This document shows positions 1-7,460 of a DNA stretch of 51,451 nt, one piece after another. The position numbers and the translations under genes were made by a program. The stretch covers positions 1 through 51,451 of the forward strand of contig CAIOST010000339.1 in the NCBI GenBank assembly GCA_903861045.1, read 5' to 3'. The stretch is from an uncultured bacterium (GTDB taxonomy: Bacteria > Verrucomicrobiota > Kiritimatiellia > RFP12 > CAIWXQ01). The notes beneath the pieces are model-generated. The model saw nothing but the letters and a program-made list of their open reading frames with translations. It made no database searches and was not told where the DNA came from. Positions within the stretch are counted from its first letter, which is position 1. Each line of letters starts with the position of its first letter.

Positions 1-31
1 GCTCCAGCTGCGGCAGTTCGCGAGGTCGTAG

Positions 32-107
32 GCTGCTGTCAGTAGCCCCGGCCCGCCCCCGGGCCGAGGGCGGATTGCTATCCCTGGCCGGTACGCTCGT
101 GGTTGGC
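32..107. repeat. Copy 1 of a ~70-bp GC-rich element (direct repeat with 296..371); contains hairpin cggcccg-cccc-cgggccg
   Basis: Seen in sequence: cagtagccccggcccgcccccgggccgagggcggattgctatccc... recurs at 304-370 with about 85% identity. A 7-bp perfect inverted repeat lies inside the unit. Confidence 0.6.
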
Positions 108-150
108 CGGCATTGTTGTCCTGATCATAGCCACCTTGGATCACGCTGCC

Positions 151-185
151 CGCGGCCCGGGGCGGGCCGGGGCTACTGGCTGCGG
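151..185. repeat. Inverted partial copy of the same ~30-bp GC-palindromic element
   Basis: cgcggcccggggcgggccggggctactggctgcgg is the reverse complement of gcYgcNgNcagtagccccggcccgccccgggccg seen at 32-66 and 296-330. Confidence 0.55.
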
Positions 186-238
186 CCTGCGCTGGACTGC
201 CGGGGTCTTAATCTTGGGTCTTTGTCTTGCCGCTGGAC

Positions 239-281
239 AGATTAAGACCGGAGATTAAGACCGGAGATTAAGACTGAAGAT
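239..281. repeat. Tandem 13-mer x3.3 (agattaagaccgg)
   Basis: Seen directly: agattaagaccgg agattaagaccgg agattaagactga agat. Noncoding region. Confidence 0.7.
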
Positions 282-295
282 ATCCCATTGCCTTG

Positions 296-371
296 GCTGC
301 GGTCAGTAGCCCCGGCCCGCCTCCGGGCCGAGGGCGGACTGCTATCCCGGGCCGGTAACGATCGTTGTTGG
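296..371. repeat. Copy 2 of the ~70-bp GC-rich element
   Basis: gctgcggtcagtagccccggcccgcctccgggccgagggcggactgctatcccgggccggtaacgatcgttgttgg, direct repeat of 32-107. Confidence 0.6.
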
Positions 372-385
372 AAAAACCTGCCAGT

Positions 386-416
386 TAGGTGCTAGGTGGT
401 AGGTGCTAGGTGGTAG
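386..416. repeat. Tandem 14-mer x2.2 (taggtgctaggtgg)
   Basis: Seen directly: taggtgctaggtgg taggtgctaggtgg tag. Confidence 0.65.
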
Positions 417-704
417 TGACGGGCGGCAGGGATACGCGGAGCAAACATAAACCGCTAATGCACGCAAATGGACGCGAATGCGAGAATTCTTTACAGCGAG
501 GGACGCGAGGGGAGTTTCATGGTACTTGGTTGCTGGCGCCGGGTGGACGTGCGGTGGCATAGGGGGGCAACCGGCAAGGAACCATGGGTTTGGGAATTTC
601 CGCCCTTGGAATTTAGGATTTGTTGCGGATTTCGGTATTCGGATTTCGAGTTTCCGCGACGGACGCAGAGTGCGGCTGGCCCTAACCTACCGTTCTGGTG
701 CCGA

Positions 705-937
705 CTTTCCAGCCGCCTCGACCAGCCGCTTGGCCTGCGCCGTAAGTTTCTGATCCACGGTACGGCCGGTCAGGTGCGGCAGTCGCCCTCGTTGCAACAG
801 CGGGTCGCGCGCATGGCCGCGGAAGCTGCGCACACACCCCTCGCGCACTTCGATGCGCCCTACCACACGGGCCGTCGCCTGTATCCGCAACTCCGCCAGC
901 CGCAACAAGCGCGCTACCGGTGGCGGCAGCGCCCCGA
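705..937 (-). pseudogene. Detached duplicate of the 3' end of mfd (last ~75 codons), left copy of a long direct duplication
   Basis: Translation (ORF 687..908 -) reads ...LRLAELRIQATARVVGRIEVREGCVRSFRGHARDPLLQRGRLPHLTGRTVDQKLTAQAKRLVEAAGKSAPER. The intact Mfd C-terminus at 13537.. reads ...LRLAELRIQATARGVGRIEVREGCVRIFRGHSRDPLLQRGRLPQLTGRTVDQQLTALTKLVEAAGK. DNA identity is about 90% over ~230 bp, with a perfect 54-bp run at 883-936 = 13725-13778. There is no upstream mfd body. Confidence 0.75.
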
Positions 938-982
938 ATGGCCGCCCGTCTCCTATGAACCGGATGAATTGCGAGACTTCCT

Positions 983-1732
983 TTACGATGAAGGTGTTGC
1001 TGCCACCACAGTTATGTTGCGCGTGTTATCAATGCCGCCGAAGACCAGGTGATCCTTTGCCATGTTGGCCAGATCGTCTTTGCGGTTCAACCAGTCAGGC
1101 ATGGCACGGTCGAGCGCCTGCCAGAATTTAGGTCCGTGGTGCTTTTCCATCAGATGAATGAGTTCGTGCATGATGACGTAGTCTATTAACCGAACAGGCA
1201 ACTGAAGAACCCGCCAATTAAACCGAACAATTCCGTTCTTGCTGCACGATCCCCACAGAAACCCAAGATCACCAACCTCAATCTTTTCTGGTTTCCGGGC
1301 GGTATGTCGCGAGAGCCGCTCGACGCGCTGGCTAATCCATTCCGTGCCGGTCTCGAGATACCAGCGACGGAAGTGGGATTCTGCCGGACGGGCATCGCGA
1401 CGCAATGTGAACTGCGTCCCGTCGAATTGTAACGGAAGCGGTTGCTTCGACACAACCTTCAGCCTGAAACGACGCCCCAAATAGCAAAAGCCCTCGCCCG
1501 AAACATATTCCGGTGTGGTTAATCCAGGTGCCACAGATGCTTTTAGCGCCAGTTTACGATATACCCACACCAACTTATTGTTAATCCAGCGGGTGAGATC
1601 TTCGACCGATGTCGCTACGGGAACGTGCGCAACCAATTCAGCGCCACGATCCACCGTTAGCCCCAGCGTCTTGCGACGGGCGCTCCGGCGCACATCAAAT
1701 ACTAAACCATTTAGTTGGACGGTTTCGCTCAT
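983..1732 (-). CDS. YgjP-like (DUF45/M48-family) zinc metallohydrolase, translationally coupled to hsdR
   Basis: HEXXH motif in IMHELIHLMEKHHGPKFW is typical of YgjP/DUF45. Its ATG overlaps the hsdR stop (1729-1732). DUF45 genes commonly follow hsdR. Confidence 0.7.
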   Translation of the reverse strand: MSETVQLNGLVFDVRRSARRKTLGLTVDRGAELVAHVPVATSVEDLTRWINNKLVWVYRKLALKASVAPGLTTPEYVSGEGFCYLGRRFRLKVVSKQPLPLQFDGTQFTLRRDARPAESHFRRWYLETGTEWISQRVERLSRHTARKPEKIEVGDLGFLWGSCSKNGIVRFNWRVLQLPVRLIDYVIMHELIHLMEKHHGPKFWQALDRAMPDWLNRKDDLANMAKDHLVFGGIDNTRNITVVAATPSS

Positions 1733-4700
1733 GAGTTGGTCAGGTTGGAGTGGTTTTCCTTAGCAAGGGCGACGAGACGCTGGGCTAGATCGCGTTCTGT
1801 ACCGGGGCAGCAGATACCGGCGCGGTCGAGATCCCGAACTAAACTCTTGGTCAACAGTTCGCGCATGTCGTCGTTCTTCCAGAAGCCGACTTTACGCACT
1901 TCTTGACGGATGCGCTCTACCATATCCAGTGTAGTCTTAATGGACTTTTCGCGCTGATCCGCATTCTGTTCACGCCCCTTGCCACATTCTTCCAACACAA
2001 GGCGAACGAATGGTACTTGCGCCTTGGCGTCGAGATGCGGGAAATCATTCCGGTCACCCTGGCGTAACTCATCAATATACTTCTTCAGTTCCCGCTCGAG
2101 GGCGTTCCAGTCGTCTTTGAACCGCTGGAGAATCTCCTCCAAGCGCTGGCTCATCTTCCGGGCGTAGGCCGGGTTCTGATTTGAGAAGCCGATGATGTGG
2201 TAGCGGGCGGCGTGTTGCATCTGCGCAGCGCGGGCGCGGCTGCTAGTTTGGGCTTGCAACACCTTTTCAAACTCCGCGTCGGTGATGGCCGTGGGCGGAA
2301 TCTTGGGGTCAACGCCACGCGCCGAAATATGGGCGTTGATGAGCGCCTTTACTTTTTCCGCCACGCCAAATAGATTCAATGACGGGTCGCGATACAAGTT
2401 AGCGGCTACTTTGTTGATGAAGCCTAGCAGTTTGGCGTCGCGAAATACATCGTTCGGCACTTCCGGCCGGTGCTCCAGAATACCCAGCAATTCGTAAAAC
2501 ATGCGCAGTTTGTTAATGAAATCGGCACGTAGCTTCAGGTCTTCAAGCAACTGCACGCAGACATCAACCTGACTCTGCAAATCCGTGATGCCCCGGCCTG
2601 TAAATACCGCGACCGCCCGCGCTCTTCGATCGAGCAATTTGGGCAATTCGACGTTGATGTCAATCAACGCGCCAGCGGTATCATTACCATCGTAATCTTT
2701 AAGCGCGACCTCCAAATGTTGAGCCACACCGATGTAGTCCACCACATAGCCACACTTCTTCTGGCCACAGGTTCGATTCACCCGCGCAATGGCCTGCAAC
2801 AAGTCATGTGCGACGATTTTACGGTCGAGATAAAGCACCTGTTCCACAGGCGCGTCAAAGCCCGTCAGCAACATGTTCATCACAACGAGAATCGTCAGGG
2901 GATCGGTCTTGTCGGTCTTATCCGGAGAAAACTTGCGCTTGAAACGTTTGATGAGTTCCTCTTGTTTACCCTTGTCCGCCCAATCCCACCATGCCTCAGG
3001 ATCGTTATGGTTGCCGGAGAAGACGGCGGCAATCTCCAAGGCGCGAAGCTTGGGCAGTTGCTGATGGATTTGCAGCAGAAACTGCGTCTTGGCATCGAGA
3101 TTATTCGTCTCGTCATCGGTCAACCCCAGCGTGGCGGCAGGTACAGCCTCCAATTCGGAAACCAGTTCCGTCCGCGCCAGCGCAAGTTTATCGAGATAGG
3201 TCATCACCGCCTGCCGGCTCGTGGCTACGATCTGTGCCTTGAAGCCCTCGGGTAAAACCACGCTGGCGAAATGCCGGATCATATCGCGCGCCTTTTGCTC
3301 AATAAGCATAGGCGCCTCCATCACATCGCCTTCGGTCGCATACTTGGCCTTAATAACGGCTAATTCCTTCTGCGTGTATTCACAGAACATATCCTCGAAC
3401 AGGGTGTCGAGGTTGGGCGCGTCCTTGACGATCCCGTCTGCGGTCCGGCCTTCGTAGAGAATCGGCACGGTGGCGCCATCGAGTTCCGCGTCCTGGAGAA
3501 GGTATTTATCAATGTAGTCGCCGAAGATATCTTTCGTCTCCGTCTTTTCACTGTTTAGGATGGGCGTCCCGGTAAAGCCGATGATGGCAGCGTTGGGCAG
3601 CGCTTTGTGGAGGTTGCGATGCAGCGTGCGCGTGTGGGAACGATGCGCTTCGTCCACCAGTACGAGAATTTCCGGAGAATCGTTGAGTAATGGGAATTCC
3701 TCGAACCGAATATTCTCCGTGAAGGTGACGGATTTTTCGACGACTGGCTCGTTGCGGCCTGGCTTCTTCTCCTTGCGAACGATGGTCATGGCCACCTTGT
3801 CGCCGGGTTGATCGCCTGGCTCAGGCAACAGGGCCAGCGCAGCGTCATCCTGCTTGCTGCCAACGGGTTGATACTTTTGCAGCATCGCCATAATGATGTC
3901 CGGCGTGCGTTCGCTGAGCAGGCGTTGGGTCAGAGCCGTCGGTGACTCGCGCGATTTCAAATCCTCGTCTGTCGGACGAACGGCTTCCCCACTCAACTGC
4001 GCTGTCGCGCCAAGTTGGGCCTGCAAGTCCGTGCGGTCGGTCACGACGACAATCTTGAACCGGTTGAGGCGCGGCATCATCCGCATTTTACGCACAAGGA
4101 AGACCATGCTGAGGCTCTTGCCCGAACCTTGCGTGTGCCAGATGATGCCCCCGCGCTGGTCGCGCTCCGCGCCCTGCGCCTTGGTCTGGCCATCCTGTAA
4201 TCTGGCCACGGCCTTGTGAATCGCGCGAAACTGCTGGTAGCGCGCCACCACCTTGCGCGTCTTGCCGTCCACTTGCTGAAACACGGTGAAATTACGGATG
4301 AGATCGAGCAAGTGCGCCGGTCGCAACATGCCGGCGACAAGAATCTGCTGACTCTGCAACGTGGCTCCGAAACCTTCGCGTAAGACATCCGGGCGCTCTT
4401 TGCGATCCCGGAAGAATAGCGGCGTGCCTACCCGGTCGCCATGTTCCGCGCCCAATGTGGCCAATTCCTGGGCGGCTTCTGTCTCGTCCGCGGGCCGGGA
4501 CAACACCCCGAGCTCCTGCGCCACGGTGCTCAATGGCACGGGGCTGGTATCGGCCCATTCCAAATATGCCTCCGGCGGCGCGCCGATGGTCGCCGCTCGC
4601 GACTCAAAGAAATCGCTGGCGATAAGCAACTGGTTGGTATGAAACAGTTTCTCCACGCCCTCGTTCTCGGTGTAGAGCGTGGGGTATATCTCCCGGCGCT

Positions 4701-5262
4701 GGTTGCAATAGCGCAGCAGTTGGTTGATGGCCTCCTGCAACGGGTTCTCTATACCGGGACTTTTGAACTCCGCGACGGACACCGGAATGCCGTTGATGAA
4801 CAGCACCGCATCTGGAATGATGTGGCCACGCCCACTGGTTAGTTCCACCTTGAACTGGTTGATCACGAGAAAATCGTTATTGGCTGGGTTCTCGAAATCT
4901 ATAAAGCAAATGGGCTGCGGGCGGCCGCGTTCCCAGTCCGGCAGGCCTTCCGCCACCGTACCCTTGAGCAAAAGCTGGGTGGCAGCTTGATTGCTCTCCA
5001 TTAACCGGTGTCCGGCAGCCTGCTCCAGATCGCGGATGGCGCGGGCAATGCGCTCGTCATCCAGCCACGGCTGGCCGTCACGCAGGTTGAGTTTGCGAAG
5101 CGCCGCCGCGAGCCGCCCTTTGAGCAAAACCTCACGGAAGTTGGCGCGCTCAGTAAAATCGGGCACGTCCTTGTCGCCCTCAATCCACTGCCAACCCATG
5201 GCCTTGAGTTGCTCGCAGAACGGGCGCTCGGCCAGATCGTATTCCCATTGGATTTTGCTCAT
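1729..5262 (-). CDS. hsdR: Type I restriction enzyme R subunit (HsdR), 1177 aa
   Basis: SF2 helicase motifs: Walker A WHTQGSGKSLSM and DEAH box LVLVDEAHRSH. The N-terminal nuclease region and operon context with hsdM/hsdS also fit. Confidence 0.9.
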   Translation of the reverse strand: MSKIQWEYDLAERPFCEQLKAMGWQWIEGDKDVPDFTERANFREVLLKGRLAAALRKLNLRDGQPWLDDERIARAIRDLEQAAGHRLMESNQAATQLLLKGTVAEGLPDWERGRPQPICFIDFENPANNDFLVINQFKVELTSGRGHIIPDAVLFINGIPVSVAEFKSPGIENPLQEAINQLLRYCNQRREIYPTLYTENEGVEKLFHTNQLLIASDFFESRAATIGAPPEAYLEWADTSPVPLSTVAQELGVLSRPADETEAAQELATLGAEHGDRVGTPLFFRDRKERPDVLREGFGATLQSQQILVAGMLRPAHLLDLIRNFTVFQQVDGKTRKVVARYQQFRAIHKAVARLQDGQTKAQGAERDQRGGIIWHTQGSGKSLSMVFLVRKMRMMPRLNRFKIVVVTDRTDLQAQLGATAQLSGEAVRPTDEDLKSRESPTALTQRLLSERTPDIIMAMLQKYQPVGSKQDDAALALLPEPGDQPGDKVAMTIVRKEKKPGRNEPVVEKSVTFTENIRFEEFPLLNDSPEILVLVDEAHRSHTRTLHRNLHKALPNAAIIGFTGTPILNSEKTETKDIFGDYIDKYLLQDAELDGATVPILYEGRTADGIVKDAPNLDTLFEDMFCEYTQKELAVIKAKYATEGDVMEAPMLIEQKARDMIRHFASVVLPEGFKAQIVATSRQAVMTYLDKLALARTELVSELEAVPAATLGLTDDETNNLDAKTQFLLQIHQQLPKLRALEIAAVFSGNHNDPEAWWDWADKGKQEELIKRFKRKFSPDKTDKTDPLTILVVMNMLLTGFDAPVEQVLYLDRKIVAHDLLQAIARVNRTCGQKKCGYVVDYIGVAQHLEVALKDYDGNDTAGALIDINVELPKLLDRRARAVAVFTGRGITDLQSQVDVCVQLLEDLKLRADFINKLRMFYELLGILEHRPEVPNDVFRDAKLLGFINKVAANLYRDPSLNLFGVAEKVKALINAHISARGVDPKIPPTAITDAEFEKVLQAQTSSRARAAQMQHAARYHIIGFSNQNPAYARKMSQRLEEILQRFKDDWNALERELKKYIDELRQGDRNDFPHLDAKAQVPFVRLVLEECGKGREQNADQREKSIKTTLDMVERIRQEVRKVGFWKNDDMRELLTKSLVRDLDRAGICCPGTERDLAQRLVALAKENHSNLTNS

Positions 5263-6743
5263 GGAACTTTGCGGCCTTTGCTTTGCAACCGTTTTCCAAC
5301 CGCTGTGAGTCTGTAGCTCTGTCGGCTACTTTGCGGTTTGGCAGGAATGGTGCGTTCCAACCAGCCGCCCTCCAGCGCAGGGGCTAAATAGTTCCGTCGG
5401 AAATGCTCACGGTCAGCAAGCTTCAGCCTGGCCTGCAACTTCTCCCTGGACAGCTCCCCCTCAACCACTCGAACGAGCGACTCTACTTCCGGGGTGACTT
5501 CCGGGGTAACTTCCGGGGTGACTTGCGGGGTGACTTGCGGGCTGACTTGCGGGGTGACTTGCGGGGTGACTTGCGGGGTCCGAAAGGTCAGCGTCACCCC
5601 CCGTTCCGCCGTCGAAATCCAAACCGGATCGGGCAGCCCTTGTTTCCGGCACGCCTCCATGATCAGAAAACTCCCCCGTCCCAGTTTCTCCATGAAGCCG
5701 CGCAGGTAGAGCACATGGGCAATGTCGGGGTTGCGCAGGACGGAAAGGTGCCCTTGATGCAACAACGTATCCGGCGTGATGCCCGCCGGAAAGGCTCCGG
5801 AATTCCAGATTTCCAAACGCGTCGGATAGACGTGCACGGCGACTCCGCCCGAGTGCTCGGCGTAATCCCGATGGGCAAAGGCATTGATCAAACCCTCGCG
5901 AATGGCCTCTTCCGGATAGACGCAGGCGTCCTGCCGTTGCGGCTTCTCCTTCGAGAACCGCGCCAGTGTGGGTGTGTTGCGGAGAATGAAAGCGAACAAC
6001 TGGTTGAAGACCGGCATCAGCGGCCCGTCAAAGCTCTTCATGTCCGTAAACTGGTCGCTCGCCTTGTCGTGACTGAACGCCGCAGCCCGCACTCGCACCT
6101 GCGGGAAAACACGCCCCGGTTCGTTGGCAAAAAGCACCACCCCGCCCTGCGTCAACCGGCCAAACTGGGCCAGAGACAGGTCATCCAAAACCGTTTGGGT
6201 GTCGTTCGCATTGCGAAACTGGAACGGCCGGGCCTTCCGGATATCTGCCACGGTCGTCTGCACCTCGACGGTCTCGACATCCGACCCCGTGCCACACGTG
6301 GAGAGGCGTCGCTCCCATCGTTCCGGTTCGGCAGACTTCCGCAACACCATTTCACGGATTTCTGCTGCCCCAGCTTTATGGGTGGCGCTCCCTTCGCGTA
6401 GATAGACCACATCCTCGAAGGCGTATGGCACATCTTTGCCGGCAGGCGCCTCGATCAATACCAGTGCCACACCATCAACCTGCTGCACGCCCACCCACAC
6501 CAGCGCTTTAGGCGAAAGCCTTTCGATCAGCAGTTGCTCCACCCGCCGGGCTTCAGATTCGGCATCCGTAACGCCCACGAGTTTTCCGTTGTCGCCAACA
6601 CCGCAAACCAATGTGCCACCGCCCGCATTCAGAAATCCGCACACCACGCCGCCAATGGCCTTGGGGTTGCCCACGCCAGTCTTGAACTCCACGGCCTGCC
6701 CCTCACCGAGACGAAGCACCTCCCGCAACTTCTCCGCTTTCAC
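5259..6743 (-). CDS. COG2865-type protein: N-terminal AlbA_2/Schlafen-like domain + HATPase_c_4-like domain + TPQV repeat linker + C-terminal wHTH
   Basis: N-terminus GEGQAVEFKTG...GFLNAGGGTLVCGVGDNGKLVGV has the AlbA_2 pattern. EEAIREGLINAFAHRDY...RLEIWNSG has the HATPase_c_4 pattern. It carries 8 tandem TPQV/TPEV repeats. It shares a 4-nt overlap with both neighbours. Confidence 0.7.
   Translation of the reverse strand: MKAEKLREVLRLGEGQAVEFKTGVGNPKAIGGVVCGFLNAGGGTLVCGVGDNGKLVGVTDAESEARRVEQLLIERLSPKALVWVGVQQVDGVALVLIEAPAGKDVPYAFEDVVYLREGSATHKAGAAEIREMVLRKSAEPERWERRLSTCGTGSDVETVEVQTTVADIRKARPFQFRNANDTQTVLDDLSLAQFGRLTQGGVVLFANEPGRVFPQVRVRAAAFSHDKASDQFTDMKSFDGPLMPVFNQLFAFILRNTPTLARFSKEKPQRQDACVYPEEAIREGLINAFAHRDYAEHSGGVAVHVYPTRLEIWNSGAFPAGITPDTLLHQGHLSVLRNPDIAHVLYLRGFMEKLGRGSFLIMEACRKQGLPDPVWISTAERGVTLTFRTPQVTPQVTPQVSPQVTPQVTPEVTPEVTPEVESLVRVVEGELSREKLQARLKLADREHFRRNYLAPALEGGWLERTIPAKPQSSRQSYRLTAVGKRLQSKGRKVP
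5486..5580. repeat. In-frame tandem 12-nt repeat x ~8 (encodes TPQV/TPEV linker) inside the COG2865 gene
   Basis: Plus strand reads cttccggggtga / cttccggggtaa / cttccggggtga / cttgcggggtga ... The unit is a multiple of 3, so copy-number change keeps the frame. Confidence 0.8.
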
Positions 6744-7390
6744 GGTTGGCCTCCCTTCGGGTTGGCAATCACTTTGGACACTTTGACCGGATCGGCGAAG
6801 CTCTCCTTCACAAACGCCTCGACCTCCTGATAGCGGAAGAACTGGGCCGTGGCAAACAATGCCGCATCCTCCGGCTCCTGATATTGCTGCACCCAGTTCC
6901 CCTGCCGCTCGCGTAACGGCCTGTCCGAAAGGATCGCGTCTTCATACATGTCAATCACGCGCAGATCGTCAAGCATGGGCGTCTTCTTCAGGCTCAACCC
7001 CTGCCGCGCCTTCCGATCCGCATAGCCGAGATTCTTCAACAACGCACGCGCAAAGACCACATGGTCATGCGCCAGCACCCAGCGCGGCTTCTTCAACGCG
7101 ACGGCCTTGCGCAACTCCTGATGCGTAATGGAAAGCGCCCCCGGTCGATCCTCCTTGCCGCTGCCATAATTCGGCGTGACCAACCCCAGGAACAAATCGC
7201 ACTTCTCCACCGCCACCAGGCAATTCTCGAACGCCGACCGGTTCGAAAACACCGGCATGGTCCCCTTGTGCGACATCCAGACTTCGTACCCATAGGCCGT
7301 CAGCAACGTGTACAAACGGTTCAGCAACTCCTCGATGCCATAGACCGAGGAGGAGACCATGATGACCAGCTTGTCTCGTTTCGCACTCAT
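6740..7390 (-). CDS. DUF4062-like domain protein (216 aa from Met at 7390; alternative start 7480 gives 246 aa and a 20-nt overlap with the upstream gene)
   Basis: KLVIMVSSSVYGIEELLNRL...CDLFLGLVTPNYGSG...SITHQELRKAVALKKPRWVLAH matches the remembered DUF4062 consensus (vFiSSTf.DL..eR...gRYGs..giSyTe.Ey..A...gkp.l.fl). Its stop overlaps the COG2865 start. Confidence 0.55.
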   Translation of the reverse strand: MSAKRDKLVIMVSSSVYGIEELLNRLYTLLTAYGYEVWMSHKGTMPVFSNRSAFENCLVAVEKCDLFLGLVTPNYGSGKEDRPGALSITHQELRKAVALKKPRWVLAHDHVVFARALLKNLGYADRKARQGLSLKKTPMLDDLRVIDMYEDAILSDRPLRERQGNWVQQYQEPEDAALFATAQFFRYQEVEAFVKESFADPVKVSKVIANPKGGQP

Positions 7391-7460
7391 GGGAGTAGAT
7401 CCGTTCCAGGAGCAAGTGTGGCAAAGTGGCGTTTTGTGGTAAAGCTTATCCGCACGAGAA

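Noticed and set aside
239-416. Possible CRISPR array
   Set aside because: Repeats are 13-14 bp, directly abutting with no spacers, and only 2-3 copies. Not CRISPR-like.
1-700. Integrase or transposase for the R-M island
   Set aside because: No ORF of adequate length or composition on either strand. Only short repeat-rich noncoding DNA.
468-1052. 194-aa plus-strand ORF spanning the left boundary
   Set aside because: Overlaps the mfd-fragment duplicate on the opposite strand and the ygjP 3' end. Composition (Arg/Trp/Pro-rich) is antisense-like. No homolog-like motifs.
5403-6401. 332-aa plus-strand ORF (also 5461..5652, 5494..5709)
   Set aside because: Lies antisense to the well-supported COG2865 gene. 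Arg/Pro/Gly-rich composition is typical of GC-rich antisense frames. Repeats like GDLRGDLRGDLRG simply mirror the TPQV 12-nt repeats.
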